NCBI GenBank assembly: GCA_964291415.2
Contig: OZ219918.1
Coordinates: forward strand, 448,001 to 512,000
Length of the DNA stretch: 64,000 bases
Reading direction: 5' to 3'
DNA from: Alphaproteobacteria bacterium
GTDB taxonomy: Bacteria > Pseudomonadota > Alphaproteobacteria > SP197
Shown here one piece after another: positions 59,035 to 64,000 of this stretch. Under the pieces are notes generated by a model. That model saw only the letters and a program-made list of their open reading frames with translations, was not told the origin of the DNA and searched no databases. The stretch's first letter is position 1; each line of letters opens with the position of its first letter. The position numbers and the translations under genes are program-made.

Positions 59035-60687
59035 ATGCTGACTTCGCTCAGTGTCCGCAATCTGGCGGTCATCGAACGCATCGATCTCGAGTTCGGCAAT
59101 GGGCTGACGGTTCTCACCGGTGAAACCGGAGCCGGCAAGTCCATTCTTCTCGATGCACTGGGGCTGGTCATCGGCCGCCGTGCAGACATCTCCATGATCC
59201 GGCCCGGTGCCGAGAAGGCGTCGGTGACGGCCACCTTCCGCATCGGCCGGGAGAGCGCCGTCATCGGCATGCTCGAAGAGCGCGGCATCGAATGCGACGA
59301 GGAACTCGTCGTCCGTCGGCAGGTCAGGGCGGATGGCCGCAGTCTTGCCCATGCCAATGACGAGGTCATCGGCGTGACGCTCCTGAGGGAGATTGGCGAT
59401 CACATCGTCGAGTGCCATGGTCAGCAGGACCAGCGCGGATTGTTGAGGCCTGCGACCCACCGGATGCTGCTCGATGCCTTCGCCGACAACCGGGAGACCG
59501 TCGACGGGGTCGGCCAGGCCTTTGCAGCATGGCAGGAGGCGAAGCAGAAGCTGGAGAGCCTCGAATCCGACCAGGCCGGACGACAGGAGACAGCGGACGC
59601 CCTTGCCGGCGATCTCCGTGACCTCGAGATGCTTGATCCCGGCGAGGACGAGGAGGACATCCTCGCAGCCACGCGAACCAGGCTCGCCAACAGCCGCAAT
59701 GTGGCCGAGGCAATGGACATCGCGGCAGCGGCGCTCTCCGGAGATCATGGTGTCGATGACGGACTCGCCACCGCCAGCGCTGCGCTGGTGCGGATCAGGG
59801 ACGTCGCCGGCGGTCTTGTCGATGATGCCCTTGACGCCGTCGACCGCGCCCTGGTCGAGACCGCGGAGGCCTCGTCCGCCCTGGCGCGTGCGGCTGCGGG
59901 ACTCGAGGACGAAGCCGACCGGCTCGACGAGATCGAAGAGCGCCTGTTCGCCCTGAAGAGCGCCGCACGGCGCCACCGGACAACGGTGGCCGGCCTCCTT
60001 GAGGTGCGCGAGCGCCTTGCTCGCGATCTTGCGGCGGTGGAGGGTCTTGAGGCGGAGATGATCGCCGCCAGGGAGGATGAGGCCCGGCTGCGGGACGTGT
60101 TCCGGGGTGCCTGCGATGTTCTCGGACAACGTCGCCGCAAGGCGGCGCTTTCCCTCGATGCCGCAGTGACGGCGGAACTGGCGCCGCTGAGGATGGACCA
60201 TGCCGTGTTCACCACCCGCCTCGAGACGCGGGAGGCCGCCGGATGGGGCGCCGACGGCGCCGAGACCGTGCAGTTCACGGTGGTGACGACACCCGGGGCC
60301 GCTCCCGGCCCGCTCGGCAGGATCGCCTCGGGAGGCGAGCTGTCACGATTCATGCTCGCCCTCAGAGTCGCCGGACAGGGCGACGAGCCGGCCGGCACCC
60401 TCATCTTCGACGAGATTGACAGCGGTGTGGGTGGCGCGGTCTCGGACGCAATCGGCGAACGGCTGCGCCGGCTCGGTCAGCGCACCCAGGTTCTCGTCGT
60501 GACCCATGCTCCCCAGGTGGCGGCGCATGCCGACCACCACGTACTGCTTTCCAGGGACGATGCGGCCGTTGCCGAGGCGCGGACGCTTTCAGGCAACGAT
60601 CGCCGGGAGGAACTGGCCCGCATGCTTGCCGGGGCCCACATTACCGAGGAATCCCGCGCCGCCGCCGCAAGCCTCCTCAAGCCATGA
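59035..60687 (+). CDS. recN: DNA repair protein RecN
   Basis: TGETGAGKS, HGQ, ASGGELSR, FDEIDSG, VTH. Confidence 0.95.
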   Translation: MLTSLSVRNLAVIERIDLEFGNGLTVLTGETGAGKSILLDALGLVIGRRADISMIRPGAEKASVTATFRIGRESAVIGMLEERGIECDEELVVRRQVRADGRSLAHANDEVIGVTLLREIGDHIVECHGQQDQRGLLRPATHRMLLDAFADNRETVDGVGQAFAAWQEAKQKLESLESDQAGRQETADALAGDLRDLEMLDPGEDEEDILAATRTRLANSRNVAEAMDIAAAALSGDHGVDDGLATASAALVRIRDVAGGLVDDALDAVDRALVETAEASSALARAAAGLEDEADRLDEIEERLFALKSAARRHRTTVAGLLEVRERLARDLAAVEGLEAEMIAAREDEARLRDVFRGACDVLGQRRRKAALSLDAAVTAELAPLRMDHAVFTTRLETREAAGWGADGAETVQFTVVTTPGAAPGPLGRIASGGELSRFMLALRVAGQGDEPAGTLIFDEIDSGVGGAVSDAIGERLRRLGQRTQVLVVTHAPQVAAHADHHVLLSRDDAAVAEARTLSGNDRREELARMLAGAHITEESRAAAASLLKP

Positions 60688-60858
60688 GACAACAAGGTGG
60701 TAGGATCTGAAGCTCTCGACAGCGGGAAGCAGGGGACCACACAACAGGTGTTTCGGGGAACTCCAGCGGGTGATTCGGCGGGTTTGAAAGGCAGCCGATG
60801 TGGACGACTATGCGGAAGACCTGCACAGCAGCGCCTTCGGGAAGGGATCGTGTTGTGA

Positions 60859-63003
<2,145 letters not shown>

Positions 63004-63007
63004 CGCG

Positions 63008-63775
63008 TCAGTCGAACTGCGAGAAATCGGGAGGGCGTTTCTCGAGGAAGGCGTTGAAGGCCTCGCGCGCCTCCGGCGACCGGACCGCACCCGCGAACAG
63101 CGGGGTTTCCTCGGCAACAACGGCGCCGAGATCACCGTAGCCGGCCTTCACGCGCGCCTTGGTCAGGCGCAGTGATGCGGCGGGCTTTGCGGCGAGGCGG
63201 CGGGTGATGCGAAGGCTTTCGGCTTCGAGGATGTCTGCTTCGAAAACACCGTTGACCATGCCGATGTCACGGGCGGTCGCGGCATCGAAGGCGTCAGCGA
63301 GCAGCATCAGTTCCATGGCGCGCTGGTGGCCGGCAAGGCGCGGCAGCAGGACCGTGGAGGCTGCTTCCGGGAAGACGCCAAGATCGACGAAGGGAAAGCG
63401 GAACGTGGCGCCGGCCGCGGCGTGAACGAGGTCGCAGTGAAGCAGCATCGTTGCACCCACACCCACCGCCAGTCCGTTGACGGCGGCGACAAGCGGCACC
63501 TCGAGTGCAGCCAGGGCGTGAAGGAAGCCGCCGGCGCCGGGGAGGCGGTCTCCCGACTGCTCCTCGAGAAAGGAACCGACGTCGTTGCCGCTTGAGAAGG
63601 AATCACCGCTCCCGGTGATCCAGATGGCCTTGACCCTGCGGTCGTCGTTGGCGCCGTTGAATGCCGCCTCGAGCATCCCGTACATCTCGCGGGTCAGCGC
63701 GTTCTTCTTGTGTGGCCGGCTGAGACGGATCTGCAGGATGCCGTCAGCCGTCGCCGTCACGATGTCCTGGCTCAT
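63008..63775 (-). CDS. enoyl-CoA hydratase/isomerase family protein
   Basis: RPHKKNAL, FSSGND, AVGVGATMLLHCD, PEAAS. Confidence 0.9.
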   Translation of the reverse strand: MSQDIVTATADGILQIRLSRPHKKNALTREMYGMLEAAFNGANDDRRVKAIWITGSGDSFSSGNDVGSFLEEQSGDRLPGAGGFLHALAALEVPLVAAVNGLAVGVGATMLLHCDLVHAAAGATFRFPFVDLGVFPEAASTVLLPRLAGHQRAMELMLLADAFDAATARDIGMVNGVFEADILEAESLRITRRLAAKPAASLRLTKARVKAGYGDLGAVVAEETPLFAGAVRSPEAREAFNAFLEKRPPDFSQFD

Positions 63776-64000
63776 GATTCCTGTTTTCCTTCGAGGGTCG
63801 GCTTGCCGGTGGCCGCCGGATGGCCGGGCTGTTGCAGGTGAATGAAGGTTACCGAGGCCATGACGAGCAGACCACCGGCAATGATCCAGGGCGAGAGGGC
63901 TTCGCCGAGAAAGAAGACGCCGCCGGCAATGCTCGTCACCGGAACCAGCAGCAGGAACGGCACGATCTGGTTCATCCGGTAACGGCCGATCAGGCGGAAC
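63772..64000 (-). CDS. DMT/EamA family transporter, C-terminal part (runs off window end)
   Basis: LIGRYRMNQIVPFLLLVPV...GEAL....IAGGLL. Confidence 0.75.
   Translation of the reverse strand, partial: FRLIGRYRMNQIVPFLLLVPVTSIAGGVFFLGEALSPWIIAGGLLVMASVTFIHLQQPGHPAATGKPTLEGKQES

Overview
GC-rich alphaproteobacterial (Rhodospirillales-like) chromosomal segment. Housekeeping blocks: acs (partial), hemC-hemD-COG4223-hemY-like with tRNA-Thr(CGT), fused indolepyruvate ferredoxin oxidoreductase, metB-like lyase, cysG-DUF2849-cysI-DUF934 with a divergent Lrp gene, SUV3-like helicase-S4-TerB-fdxA-carD, and bamD-recN-ligA. Two accessory catabolic blocks lie among them. The most unusual locus is about 14.1-29.7 kb, a LacI-type divergon. 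Its rightward operon encodes a sugar-type (CUT2) ABC transporter whose ATPase and both permeases carry extra repeat-bearing domains. It also encodes a small protein built from a repeated [IMV][KR][IV]xxF[DG] motif, a proteorhodopsin-like opsin with a non-canonical E-T-T helix-C motif and intact Schiff-base Lys, an internally duplicated flotillin, an SCP2-like protein and an alpha/beta hydrolase. Its leftward operon encodes LacI, a Na+/solute symporter and an AHL-lactonase-family enzyme. Also present: a SoxR divergon with a frameshifted MFS gene, a methylamine/amide catabolic operon, a sulfite reductase operon lacking cysH, and a catalytically degenerate PPP-phosphatase homologue. No CRISPR array, integrase or transposase was recognised. 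All calls come from reading the sequence and motifs by eye; no database searches were run.
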